From the NCBI GenBank assembly GCA_002269645.1, contig NIVC01000292.1:1-64000 (forward strand): a stretch of DNA of 64,000 nt, given 5' to 3'. Every line of letters starts with the position of its first letter. Position 1 is the stretch's first letter. The position numbers and the translations under genes are program-made. The DNA comes from Macrostomum lignano (taxonomy: Eukaryota). The notes below the pieces were generated by a model. The model did no database searches and was not told where the DNA came from. It saw nothing but the letters and a program-made list of their open reading frames with translations. Below are positions 36,420 to 47,817 of the stretch, one piece after another.

Positions 36420-37476
36420 AGTCTCTAATCTAATCTCTAATCTAGCAATATACAGACTGTTAATTTGAGATAATAGGATTATAATTGGGATTGTATCCAA
36501 TGTAATCTTTGAAGGATCTAGAGATTTTAGGATTGTGATTGCATTGATCATTGATCAAGTTTTGATTCTACAAGCCTTGTCTTATAATTCAGTGAGAAGT
36601 ATTGCATATAATTATAGAAAAGTTTGCCTTGCATAAATTATTTGTGGCAGACTAAGGGTAATTTCCAAAAAAAAAATTTTGGCTAATGAATTTCAGAAAT
36701 TTCATATGTATGATCTGCTTAAATAATGGATCAATATCTAAATAGTTATATCCAATTTTTTTTCTTTGCACTAGACTAGAAATAATTATATATTTTTTAT
36801 TTCTTGTATATTTATACAAAAATACAAAATGACAGAAAGAATAAAGAAAAAATGAAGTTGCAATTGGACCAAGCTAAGCTTATGATATTCCAATATTAAT
36901 CTTAAGAATTATATGGGAGTTAGAGGTGTTGGGGAAAATGGGAAATGAATAATAGAGAGGGTAGGGAAAAGGAATAGCAAGAAAGATAAAAAATGGCATG
37001 AATAAGGGAAGGAATGAAAAGGGATAATAAGATAGATCATAGATAGGAATATTTCACCAAACAAAATTAATAAAGTTATTCTATAATATAATAGCTTTCA
37101 TTTTAAAAACCTTACAAGTATTTAAAATTAAAAACATAATATGAAAAAGAAAAAAACAAAAAAAGTAATTAAAAAATATCCGGATTATTTGGTAAAAAAA
37201 CCTGTGTATTTATTTAAATTGTTCTTTTTAGATTATGAAGCCTAAATGATGACTAAAGTATTTTGTTTTTAAATATTATAAAGAAAATATGAATGATCAT
37301 GCAGGCTTACTTTATTACCATTAAACCAAAATCCAGTAAATTATTGATATCTAATAAAATGTTGACATGTTTAAGCCTTATTTAAAAGCTTCAGGCATTT
37401 CTTGACTTATATATTTATATTATAGATAGAATTATTATACCCAAGATTTCTAATATAGATTTATATAGCAAAGCTA

Positions 37477-38890
37477 CAGTGTTAGGCACGATACTCAAAA
37501 AAGTATCGATGAAAACCAATACTCCAATAGCCTTTCTCAAAAAACTATTGCCAATACCTGAAAGTCCGATACCCAAATTTGAATATTGGCGATACTCAAT
37601 TCTAATACTTTATTCCGATACCCGATTTTTGCCAAAAGAAATGTTTAACAAATATAAATGCATATAATTTAAGCTTGTCAGATCTTCTCCTAGATTTTTA
37701 AGGCAAATAAAGCAAGCTTAGCATTGTTTTAAATGATGAAGCTTTCAGTAAAACAAATAGAATAAAATTTACGAATAAAAACCAACAGTTGCCACTGTAG
37801 TCAATCATTAACTATTTATTATCCTCTTAGTCAATCATTAACTATTTATTATCCTCTTAGTCAATCATTAACTATTTATTATCCTCTTAGTCAATCATTA
37901 ACTATTTATTATCCTCTTAGTCAATCATTAACTATTTATTATCCTCTTAGTCAATCATTAACTATTTATTATCCTCTTAGTCAATCATTAACTATTTATT
38001 ATCCTCTTAGTCATTCTTCTTTACGCCTATTAGTACTGTTTTTGTTTTAGTATAGTGTGGCGGCCTGCCAGTCTGTGATTGGTGCACCTGCAGGGTAACC
38101 TTAGCCTTATTTTTTTGGGTTGGGTGCACTAGCTTACATGTACATATAGCCAGCTGCCAGCCAGACTGAATGCTCCCAGCTGAGATACTGACTTTAAAGC
38201 CTTACCTCTGATTGGGCAACATATCCACTTTCTATACATATAAACCTAAAGTAAATTGTATCACTTCTTTTCCCTTTACTCTTTGGCCTTGCCCAATATG
38301 TGCACCCAAAATAGTGGATTTATTTATTTATTTCTGTTCTATACATGAATGTTTGCATGTACGCATTGTTCACTAAATTGCTTGTGTTACTAGTGTAGTA
38401 CTTGTGTATATTATATATTGTAGAAATTGTAGAATCGATTGGCAATCAGTGGCTAGCAGTGAAAGTGTTGCAGAACTTGCAGCATGACAATTTACTAAAA
38501 TAAATTGTCAAAATCATCATTTTGATGATAATTACTAATTAATAACTAAGTGATACTGATAAGGTAAGGGGCAGGCAATTTTAAAAAGTTCTAAAAAGTA
38601 GTTTTAAGGACGAAAATATTATTCATTTCAGCTTCATTGACCAAAAAGTGAAGTATTTATCATTAATTTCTATAAAATTATTCAATTTTTCTTTCATTAT
38701 AACGAAACTTTCATTGTTTGCATGCTCAAAATTAAAAATAGTATTGGACTATCAAAAAAATTTGAAAATTGTATTGAAGTTACCAAAGTCCAATACTATC
38801 AAAAAAGTATCAACTTCTAATACTCCAATACCCAAAAGGTATCGCCGATAGTATTGGAGTATCGGAGTGTCGGAATTGTGCCCAACACTG
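37477..38890. mobile_element. Non-autonomous hAT-type DNA transposon
   Basis: TIRs CAGTGTTAGGCAC / GTGCCCAACACTG. 8-bp TSD CAAAGCTA / CAGAGCTA (7 of 8 match). Subterminal CCRATA motifs. Internal 30-bp tandem repeat at 37798-38012. Confidence 0.85.
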
Positions 38891-38958
38891 CAGAGCTATG
38901 AGGCTAGCTAAGCTAAGGAGTTAGACTAAGGAACTTTCTAAGCAAGAGCATTTGGGGT

Positions 38959-41163
38959 CATACATGCGCAACTTCTGAAATTACGCTGGCCGTGCGACTT
39001 AGTTTTTGATAAAAAATGCGACTTACCTATGAAAGAGCAAAGCAAAAACTTTAGGTAAACGGCAGGAGTAACTATGACCATAATTTAAAGCTAATTGCCT
39101 CGCCAGCTAGTTAGTGCTGCGTGCAGATTTCGCGTTTTTATAACAGCTAATCAGTATGTCATCTAGTGGCGGCATGAAGCAATTAGTAAATTGTCAGTAC
39201 AGTGTAGTGAGCATACTACAAAAGTCATGATTCATGAATGTCCAGAAGTAAGTGAAGAGAATACAGTGTGACCTATAGCTCAAGAACGATTTGCTAGACG
39301 ATTTGGCATGGAAGATGAGAGCCCTGATTCAGATGGCTCATCAGATGCAGAATACGAATCCAGTAGAGATACAAGCTGTGAAAACCCACAGATTTTTAAA
39401 CCACTGAATTCTAATTCCCGGAACTATTTTTGCATAGATTTTAAATTTGAAGTCATGCTCAAACAAAAACTTGTTAACAGTTAGGAAAAAGGCAAAGATG
39501 GGAGTAATGCACGTTAAACTAAGATTTGAGGCCTTTGCAAATTCTCTCCATTCCTCAATCTTCTCATCCTCTTTTTCTTTTCTCTCTCATCCCTTATCCC
39601 TTCTCTCTTTCCTCTCCTCTCCTATCTCTTCTGTCTCCTCTCTACATTATTATCTCTCCTCTCGTCTCTCTCCATTCCACTCTACTCTCTCATCTTATCT
39701 TCCCTCTCGTCTCTCTCCACTCTACTCTCTCATCTTATCTCTCCTCTCTTTTCTACTCTCTCATCTCTCCTCTCTTCACTCTCCTCTCATCTCCTCTTTA
39801 TCCTCTCTTCTCTCATCTACTCTCTCCTCTTTCCTCTTTCCTCTCTTCTGATCTCATCCATCATCTTTTCTTTCCTCTTTCCTCTCATCTCCTCTTCTCT
39901 CTCATCTCTTTTTCCTCCCTCAGCTTTTCTCTCCTCTTCTATCTTTTCTCCCATCGCATCGCTCGCCTCTCCTCTGTTTGCTTATCTCTAATCTTCTATT
40001 CCCTCTACTTTGAAGTAAGAAAATATGCACATATTTTTTCTGAAGATAAGAGGAGAGAAGAGGGCATTGAGGAGAAAGGGTAGAGAGAAAGGGGGAGAAG
40101 AGAGGAGAGTAAAAATGAGACGAGAGAGAAGAGGGAAAAGGGGGAGAGAGAGAAGAGGGGAGGCAAGGTAGAGAAGAAGAGAGAGATGAGAGTTGAAGAG
40201 ACACCAACCTTGCTGGTTAGGAAGTTTCAAAGAGCCCGAGGGGCGAGGGCCAGATAGAGGGGCTTCGCGAGCCGGAGTTTGCCAACCCCTGCTCCAGAGT
40301 TTAAGAAATCAATGGGAAACTGTTGACGTGGGCTTCTGATTTCAAAGATCTTGTCTGTGGTTGAAGGCTTCTATTCTGTTTTTGCTCTCTTGCCACACTT
40401 GCACCTACTACCCCCTGATTGCCTCTGATTGTGACTTACTTCCCTCTTATTGCGACTTAGTTGCTTCTTTTTGCAACTTACCTAATCCTTTTTGCGACTT
40501 ACCTAACCCTTTTGCGACTTACCTAATCCTTTTGCGACTTACCTAACCCTTTTGCGACTTACCTGATCCTTTTTGCGACTTAGTTTGCTTCTTTTGCGAC
40601 TTACCTGATTCCTGTTGCGACTTACCTGATCCTTTTTGCGACTTAGTTTGCTTCTTTTGCGACTTACCTGATCCTTTTTGCGACTTACCTGATTATTTTT
40701 ACAACTTAGTTTGCTTCTTTTGCGAATTGTTTTTCTTTTGCTTCACCATTTTCCCTGAACTGCTCTTTCTTTCGCTTTCCTCTTGCCTTTCTTGGTTCTT
40801 GTGTTTTTCTGTTTTTGGTTGACTCAATTTTGCGACTTACCCCTGGTCAGCCACGATTTACGGTGGCCGGATCGGCCAGGTCGGCCAGCAGTTGCGCATG
40901 TATGCATGCGCAACCTCCAAAATTTGGTCGGCCATGCGACTTAGTTTTAACAAAAATGCGACATAGTTTTTGGCCAAAAATGTGACTTACATGTAAAAAA
41001 ACCCAAATCAAAATTAACGCAACTTTGGGTAAACGGCAGGAGTAACTATGACTGTCTTATTAAGCTGAAATGCCTCATCAGCTACTTAGTACTACTACTT
41101 TGGTGTTTTTTTGGGTGGGCATTTTTGCGACTTCCTTGGTTGGCCGATTGTTGCGCATGTATG
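38959..41163. mobile_element. Non-autonomous TIR transposon (8-bp TSD, hAT-like): head-to-tail dimer of a 1.9-kb and a 0.26-kb unit
   Basis: Perfect 14-bp TIRs CATACATGCGCAAC / GTTGCGCATGTATG and a perfect TSD TTTGGGGT (38951-38958, 41164-41171). An internal fused right-TIR/left-TIR junction lies at 40891-40914. There are many TGCGACTTA subterminal motifs. Confidence 0.88.
39540..40291 (-). mobile_element. Charlie-like hAT MITE with a CT-rich low-complexity interior, nested in the 38959-41163 element (left boundary uncertain)
   Basis: The end GTTTGCCAACCCCTG is the reverse complement of CAGGGGTTGGCAAAC. The subterminal CGCGAAGCC..CTCTATC..CCCTCGGG.TCTTTGAAACTT is shared with 46243-46330. Confidence 0.6.
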
Positions 41164-42509
41164 TTTGGGGTATTGGCAATCTTTTTATAGAATTATATAC
41201 CCCTACCAAAAAATTCTAAAAATTTTAACTAAAAATGATTTTTCAAATAACAAATAAGTTTAATGTATAATTTTTACCCTAAAATAAAATCAATTTATCT
41301 TTAAAATATTTTTTTAAATATAATACAATTTTATTTTGAATTTGTATAACAGCAATTACTGTATTTTCTCTGTACTTTTATTTGATAATAAGTCAATTGT
41401 GACTGATTGACCAGGCTTAGTGACTTAAATAAACCTTATTTATTAATTATTCAAACAAATTTACTTTAAAATTAGCTTTTTTACTTTGTTTTTAGTGTGA
41501 AAAGTGAGCTAAATTAATTTGAAAATTATTTTTAGTTGAAAAAGTGCATTTTTGGAATTTACAGAGGGTACAGAAGGATTTCCAGGGCATTTCTTCTAAT
41601 TCTTCATTGCAAGCAATGTTTAAAATAGCTAGCCTAATAGGTTTATAATATTCATAGGTCCATATAGATTTAGGTGATATTATATTTTCATTATATAGAT
41701 AGGCCTATTCAATCAGTTGCTTATGATAAAGAGTCTGTCTAGGTCAATCAACTTTCTTTTAAGAATGCACGGCTATGCACGGCACGGCACAGCGGGTGGT
41801 CTAGCTTGGCACAAGCATCAGCTTCTTTCGTGAGTTTCCGTTTGCGATTCTCGTTTCGGGGAAAAAACTATAGAATAGCGAACTCTGTTATAACAAAAAA
41901 CTTGTATATTCAAATGACCAAAAAGCAAGTGTGGCAGGCGGGTTGCCACGTAAGATGCGATGACTGGAATTTGGCATGTTTAATTTTTTTTGCATGTGCA
42001 TGGTGAACCGCTGCGTTTCCCCCTTTATTGGAGTGACATCACTCCCGATGTTGGTTTCTGTCTATACCCGCAACGTGTACTGCTTACACGGAGTTGGATG
42101 TGTGCCGTAATTTTGTTTTTTTTTCTATGTGTTTAAGCCGCCCTTTTACGTGATTTTTCTCTCCCACTGTGCATGCCCAGCCTCTGTCCCCACTGCGTGA
42201 CCAGTCACTCCCCTCTATTTAAAGCGATGATTTACATGACTGCTCCTTCAACTGCTCCTTCAACTGCTCCTTCAACTGCTCCTTCAACTGCTCCTTCTAC
42301 TATTTTTCTACTACCGTTTAAATTTAGTGCTACAGTTTTCTGCTCGTTTAAGCCCAGTCGAAACATTTTCGACCTCGGCCCGCGTCTCATCCGTGTAGTG
42401 TCGTGTAAAATTTATTTTATTATCCAGCCTGCTCGAAATAAGTCAATATAATAAACTCCAACCATTAGTATTTATTTTATTGTACTAAAGCCATAGTATT
42501 TCTTGAGTC

Positions 42510-42917
42510 ATTTGCCCGTGGGGCGTAAAATAACCAAGTTCTCATCTCAAAGAAAGCTCTGGGACTCATACGTAAATTACGGTGGTGGCAGCAACTACTG
42601 AAAGTAACGAGTTCCGATAGTCGACGCATTAATTTTCGGAGTCAGAAATCTCCGGTGTTTTCTCCGCTTTGAACGACCGCGCCGCTAACGACCGCTCCGC
42701 TACGATTACGACTACCCTCCCCCCGGACTTGAGGACCCGGCTGTCGGAGTAAACAGGAGAAGAAATTTCGTTGTGATTCGTCTGCGCGTTTTTCCGGTTT
42801 TATTCGTGCGAACTCAACGCCGGCGGCAATTCAAACGAGGAATCCGCCCCACCTCACTGGTGTCAGCAAATTCAAAACAACCGTGCTAAGAAAGATCTTC
42901 TCCACCCCCACCTCACA
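42510..42917 (+). repeat. Unclassified ~430-bp interspersed repeat, copy B
   Basis: Homologous to the reverse complement of 20201-20633. Confidence 0.85.
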
Positions 42918-43390
42918 AGGATAAAAACTAATTCCTGTGAAGTCTATTAATTAGTTTGTTAACTTTTTAATTTTTTGCAATAATTTTTTGGCGTTGTCGT
43001 TTTCCTTATCGCCAGTTTAGCAACATTCTGTACTGAATTAAAAATTACTACCCCAAAATAATTTGACTGTTCTTTATTTTAAGACTGTTTACTTTTTGTT
43101 TAATTGCTTGTAATGGTGAAAATTTAATTACATAATTAAAGGCGGGAAAAGTGACAGCCGTCGGCAACAGTGATGCCAAGCTCCACCCGCTCTCATTTCG
43201 CTCTCACAGCATGTCCTCAACCATGCGACGATGCCGGCAATGCGGTGAGTGGCTGAGCCTAAAAAACTTCGCTCGCCATGTGAGGCGCCGCCACTGAGGG
43301 GTAAGCAATGCAGTGCCACCATGATTTTCTTTGATTTTTAAACAGCTGCTTATTAGTCAACTGCCCAACTGGATAATTACTACTGCTCGA

Positions 43391-43615
43391 AGGAGGTTGT
43401 AGCCTAGTGGTTAGAGCGTCGGACTATTCGGACTCTGGGTGAGCTTCAGTTCACCCAGCTGTAAAATGGGTGCCAGCGTTAGCTGTGGTAATTGAGGGTG
43501 CGTGTGGCGCCCCCCACCGAACAGCCGTACGCGGCCTTCAGATGCGCCACGCAATAGCCACGACTGAGCTGTCGGTTAGGGCAGATGTAGTATTAATTAT
43601 TATTATTATTATTAC
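43391..43615 (+). mobile_element. tRNA-derived SINE, copy 2 (internally deleted)
   Basis: A-box TAGCCTAGTGGTTAGAGCG; GCTTCAGTTCACCCAGCTGTAAAATGGGTGCCAGC is identical to copy 1; (ATT)n tail. Confidence 0.78.
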
Positions 43616-44988
43616 AAGCGTAGTATCGTTGAGAGTTTCAAAACGAAACTATCTTATTCACGAGACACTGCAGTCACATCTCGTGTCCATTTTTTCTTTC
43701 CCTGCCTCAACCGAGCTCATACTTGACCTTCTCAATTGCTGAGTTTTCTTGGTTTCTTTTCTTGGCACTCCTGCATTAGATTCCCTGTATGATGCATATT
43801 CGCACTCAGACAATTATCCGCTAAGCTTCCTGAAACCAAGCAGCAGGGACCGAACTCTGTGACAAGCGTCGCGCCGAGCGCCGCGCCGAGGAGCCAGGCC
43901 CCGCGCTCCGAGCCGTTCAAGAGAAGTGCCCCGCTAAAGAGGTAATATCAAATTAAAATCTAATAGAGATACCAAAGACATCGAAATAAATGCAAGCCGA
44001 TGTTTCAACAAAGGACAAGTCACTTGCGCCAAGCCTGCACTGCACTTTTCACTGCAGGCGGCATGAAACATCAGAAGAGGCTGAGGAATATTTTGTCGCT
44101 AGAGTGCAAGCGGCCGCTAAGGTGAGTGCAGCCACTAGAAATATGGACTGTTTCTGACTAGTAACCTGTTTATATAGCTACTCCATCAAGCCGACACGCT
44201 TTACTCATTCTGGAATCAATTTCAGGAATTTTGCCAAATCAAGAGACCAAGAAGGGTTAAAGATCAGGCGACACAAGCAGGAGAGGAGGTCAGTTGTTAT
44301 ATGTTATATATATATGTATGTTATATATAATTATATTATATACAGTTGTTACATATGTTAATGTTATATACAGTTACAGTGGTCCTTGGCTTTTTCGTTC
44401 AGACTTTTTGTGTTTGCACTCTTTAGACACCATGACCTATACGTAGATTTAATGTTGAGTTTTCGAGCATTTCTACTATAAGTAGCGTAAAGCTGTTGAA
44501 TAGCAATTTGTCAGCCGGGCCAAAGAACTTATAAAGTCAAACTACTAAGTTTAACAAACTTCGGGTGCAGTAAATATAGCTAATTATTTATTAATGAACT
44601 TCAACTGCAAGCCGCTTCTTCGACTTGTTTATTCGACAGAGGACAGAGCCGCACGGTGTGAGATAATAATGGTATTTATAGGTCGCGTCGTGGCAAAAAC
44701 AAAAACTAATTAATGGAATAGTGATACTAAAAGTAACAAAGGTAACAGATCGGTTAAATTTTGGCCCGTATACAGCGGCCGAGCATGTAAATAGCAAGAG
44801 GGGGTGCAGAGCTTCCAGGCCCTGGTCCATCAACTGCATGGTCAAAGCCGACCTTCGGCCATACAATGAACACCAAACAGCATGGATGTTGGGGTACGGA
44901 GGGGAGAAAACAAATGAGGAACGAATGCCGGTATTTGTCATTTGTCACACAAAAACTCCTTCAGTCAGTATTTGGCATGGACTCGATC

Positions 44989-45690
44989 TCAGCGGCGGCC
45001 GGCGGTTCGTCCACCGCGGCGGGCGTAGCTGAGGCCGCGCTGGGTTCGAGCAGCAGTGCCTCTGGCAGGCGGTCGAACGGGTTCCTCGGCGTTATTGGTA
45101 GAGGCGTCATTGGTAGAGGCGTCAGCCTCCTGAAGGCCTTGGGCTGAGGCGGTGCTGGGGGGCCAGCCGAGGATGTGGACCGTGTCGCCTTCCACAAACA
45201 GCCTTTCGGGGCGCTTCTCTACCGCGATGTCCCAGAAGGCTCGCAGGTGGGGCAGCCAGCCGTTTTGGAGGTGCCCAGCCTCCCAGTAGGCGATGGCCAT
45301 TAGTAGTGCCAACGCGGGGCACGGCTGGCCTCTCTGGCGGACGTAGTCATCCGCTCGCTGGAGAAATTCATCGAGCGTTTCGCGCGTCGCGGCCGGGTCC
45401 ATCTGCTGGCACATCAGTCTCCAGCGGGCGTCAACATCGACTTCTTCCTTGGTGACCGCCCGTTGGTAGGCCTCTTCTAAGTCTGCGCGCAGCTGGCGAA
45501 GGGCTAGTGGCAAGTTTGTCCCGGTGGCGGCGGCAACGAGGGCTCTCAATAAGGCGTCCTCGTCTGGACGAAGCCATGGAGCGCGGACTGGCTGGGCGTC
45601 TGTTCCGGACTGGCCGCTGCTTGGAGCTAGCTGGTAGAGGTACCCAGCTGCCTGCTGGTCGTCTTCGGGGGACATGTGCTCGTCAGCCAT
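44989..45690 (-). CDS. Intronless orphan ORF, 233 aa (MADEHMSPEDD...), unknown function
   Basis: GCCATGG Kozak context at 45690, TATAAAA at 45818-45812, AATAAA about 360-400 bp downstream of the stop. The sequence is non-repetitive and globular-looking. Confidence 0.55.
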   Translation of the reverse strand: MADEHMSPEDDQQAAGYLYQLAPSSGQSGTDAQPVRAPWLRPDEDALLRALVAAATGTNLPLALRQLRADLEEAYQRAVTKEEVDVDARWRLMCQQMDPAATRETLDEFLQRADDYVRQRGQPCPALALLMAIAYWEAGHLQNGWLPHLRAFWDIAVEKRPERLFVEGDTVHILGWPPSTASAQGLQEADASTNDASTNNAEEPVRPPARGTAARTQRGLSYARRGGRTAGRR

Positions 45691-46242
45691 GGCAGGTAGT
45701 GAGCAGCTGAGCAATTGAAATGGAATTAAGCAGAATCAAGGAAACGGAGATTTGACACAAGATGAGGGGCGCTCAAGAATAGAATTTCATTCTCGGATAG
45801 AAAATCTCGCATTTTATACCCTGGCTGGTCCATCCGATGGAAAAACGGTTCCCACACGATTGAACAAAGACCGCCAACCCGCGTGCACTCTAGCTGAGGT
45901 CACGCCCGCGGAGGTGGGTGAGTGGAATAAGTTTATGCGTTAAAGGGGAGCGAGGCACAGCTCGAAGCAATAAATAATAGTTTAGACTCGGTAAAGAGTT
46001 TACAAATGAACCGAGAGGGGCGGTGTTGGGAAGCAGAACTGTTCCCAGGGCCCAAAGCAAAGCGGGCACAGGAGTCCCTTGCTGTTCCTTACAGATTTCC
46101 CAGTAAACTGCAGGCTTGATAAGGAGCAGTGACAGTGCCTGACTCATCGCACGATAAACAGTTGGTGCCGGAGCTTTCCCAAAAACTGGTGGGCCCAAAA
46201 AGGACCCGCATAACTCGCATGGGAGGACAAGGTTTTACGGTG

Positions 46243-46722
46243 CAGGGGCCGGCAACCTCCGGCCCGGGGGCTGAATGCGGCCCGCGAAGCCTCTCTATCC
46301 TGCCCTCGGGTCCTTTGAAACTTTACAATAGCAATCCGCTCAGGGTTTGTGTGTTTTCTAAGTTGTCTCCTCTCTCTTTTTCTTCGCTCTTTTCTCATCT
46401 CTCATCTCCTCTCCTCTCTCCTCTCATCTCCTCTTCTCTCTACTCTCTCCTCTCAGCTCCTCACCTTTTTTCTCTCCGCTCTCATCTCTCTCTTATCTTC
46501 TACTCGTATCTACATGAACATATCTCATTCTATCTTCTACAATACGAGTATCTTCTATCTCATCTCTTCATTTATCGCGTCTCTCATCTCTCCTTTCTTT
46601 TGTCATCTCCTCTTTCTTGTTCTCTCTCTCTCCCATTCTATCTCCTTTCCACTCTCATCTGGCCCGCAGCAATGATCTAAACTCTTTATCTGGCCCTGCA
46701 AGTAAAAATGTTGCGCCCCTTG
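46243..46722 (+). mobile_element. Charlie-like hAT MITE with a CT-rich interior
   Basis: Left end CAGGGGCCGGCAACCTCCGGCCCG..CGGCCCGCG; degenerate right end GTTGCGCCCCT(T)G; no clear TSD. Confidence 0.65.
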
Positions 46723-47451
46723 TTTTAGTCTGGGCTTTTAAACACCTTTTATTGTAGAAGAGGATGCTACATTCGTCATTTAGCGCAGGTGCTAAGACTT
46801 AAAACTAGTACGAGCTATCACTTTTCACCTGAAAGCCTAAGGATGAGAACAAAAAAATTAAATTTCAGCACTTTACTCGTTGATGATAGCAGAGAAAGTT
46901 TGCAGTTAATAGCAAACTGGGAAATAAAGCTTTAACGGCTAGAAATGAACTCGCGATATTGCCTACTTACAGTAGCGCGCCTAAAAGATTTCAGTAAAAC
47001 ATTTCAGGGGCACTCTCACTTTTAATTCGTATTTTATTACCGTTAAATTTCGATCTCGCCTCCGATAGCAGGCAGATCCGGGTCTCCTAGCAGAACTCTG
47101 GGGTGTCACAGGCAGGGGTTCGAACAGTCGTTGCTATCTTGTCCCATTTCTGATGATCTTCAAGGAGACAGGTGAAAACCTATTTAATGTTTTATTGGAA
47201 GCACGAGAATTGCCCGCGATCGAATTGCCCGCAATGCTTTTTCATGCAACGCATTTTGTACCCTTTTGTCTATGGTTTCCGGCATTCATACTTGCGGTAA
47301 CAATTTAATTGTTTGTCGGCTTTTTTCGATTGTTGCCGGATTTCAGACGAATGTATTTGGCTATCAAAACAAGGAACAACAATAGCAACACGGCGAAAGT
47401 GTTTCATAGTCACAAAAAGTTCTTAAGAACAAACCGATCGAATCAATTGTT

Positions 47452-47817
47452 TTACTTTCCGTAAAAGTTGAATGTGCAGTTGTGGAACTGACCACCACAG
47501 AGGCTTCTCGGCAGGTCTTGGCCGCCCTCGGGTGCTTTCATCAGCTCGCCTCTATCAGACCCAATTGTCACACTTTCGATGGTGGATTCCGCATCGTCGT
47601 CAATCTTGGTGACTTTGGACCCATAGGCAGCCAGACAAGCGCTCATTCGGGCCACACAGTCCATGTCTCGCCGCTTGTATACATCCACTGAGCTCGAATT
47701 CTTGTGTCCCGTCATTAGTGTAATCGCTTGATTATCGATCCAGGTTGTCCATCTCCAGAACGTAGCGCGTGCTCGACTCTCGGGTGACAAAAGCCAACTC
47801 GTCCGTGGAGAGTCCAC
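47452..47817 (-). pseudogene. Crypton-like (DUF3504) tyrosine-recombinase C-terminal remnant
   Basis: RARAT...ITLMTGHKNSSSVDVYKR and a terminal FHNCTFNFYGK resemble the GH-x-S-x-x-S-x-x-x-Y catalytic motif and tail of Crypton proteins. Upstream sequence is broken. Confidence 0.5.

Noticed and set aside
39054-41090. Functional rRNA gene
   Set aside because: The similarity is limited to about 64 nt and the surrounding sequence is not rDNA. It is reported as a mimic or relic instead.
20201-42917. Inverted 430-bp repeats as TIRs of a 22-kb giant transposon
   Set aside because: They are too diverged, with many indels, no TSD was found, and the enclosed DNA contains ordinary host genes.
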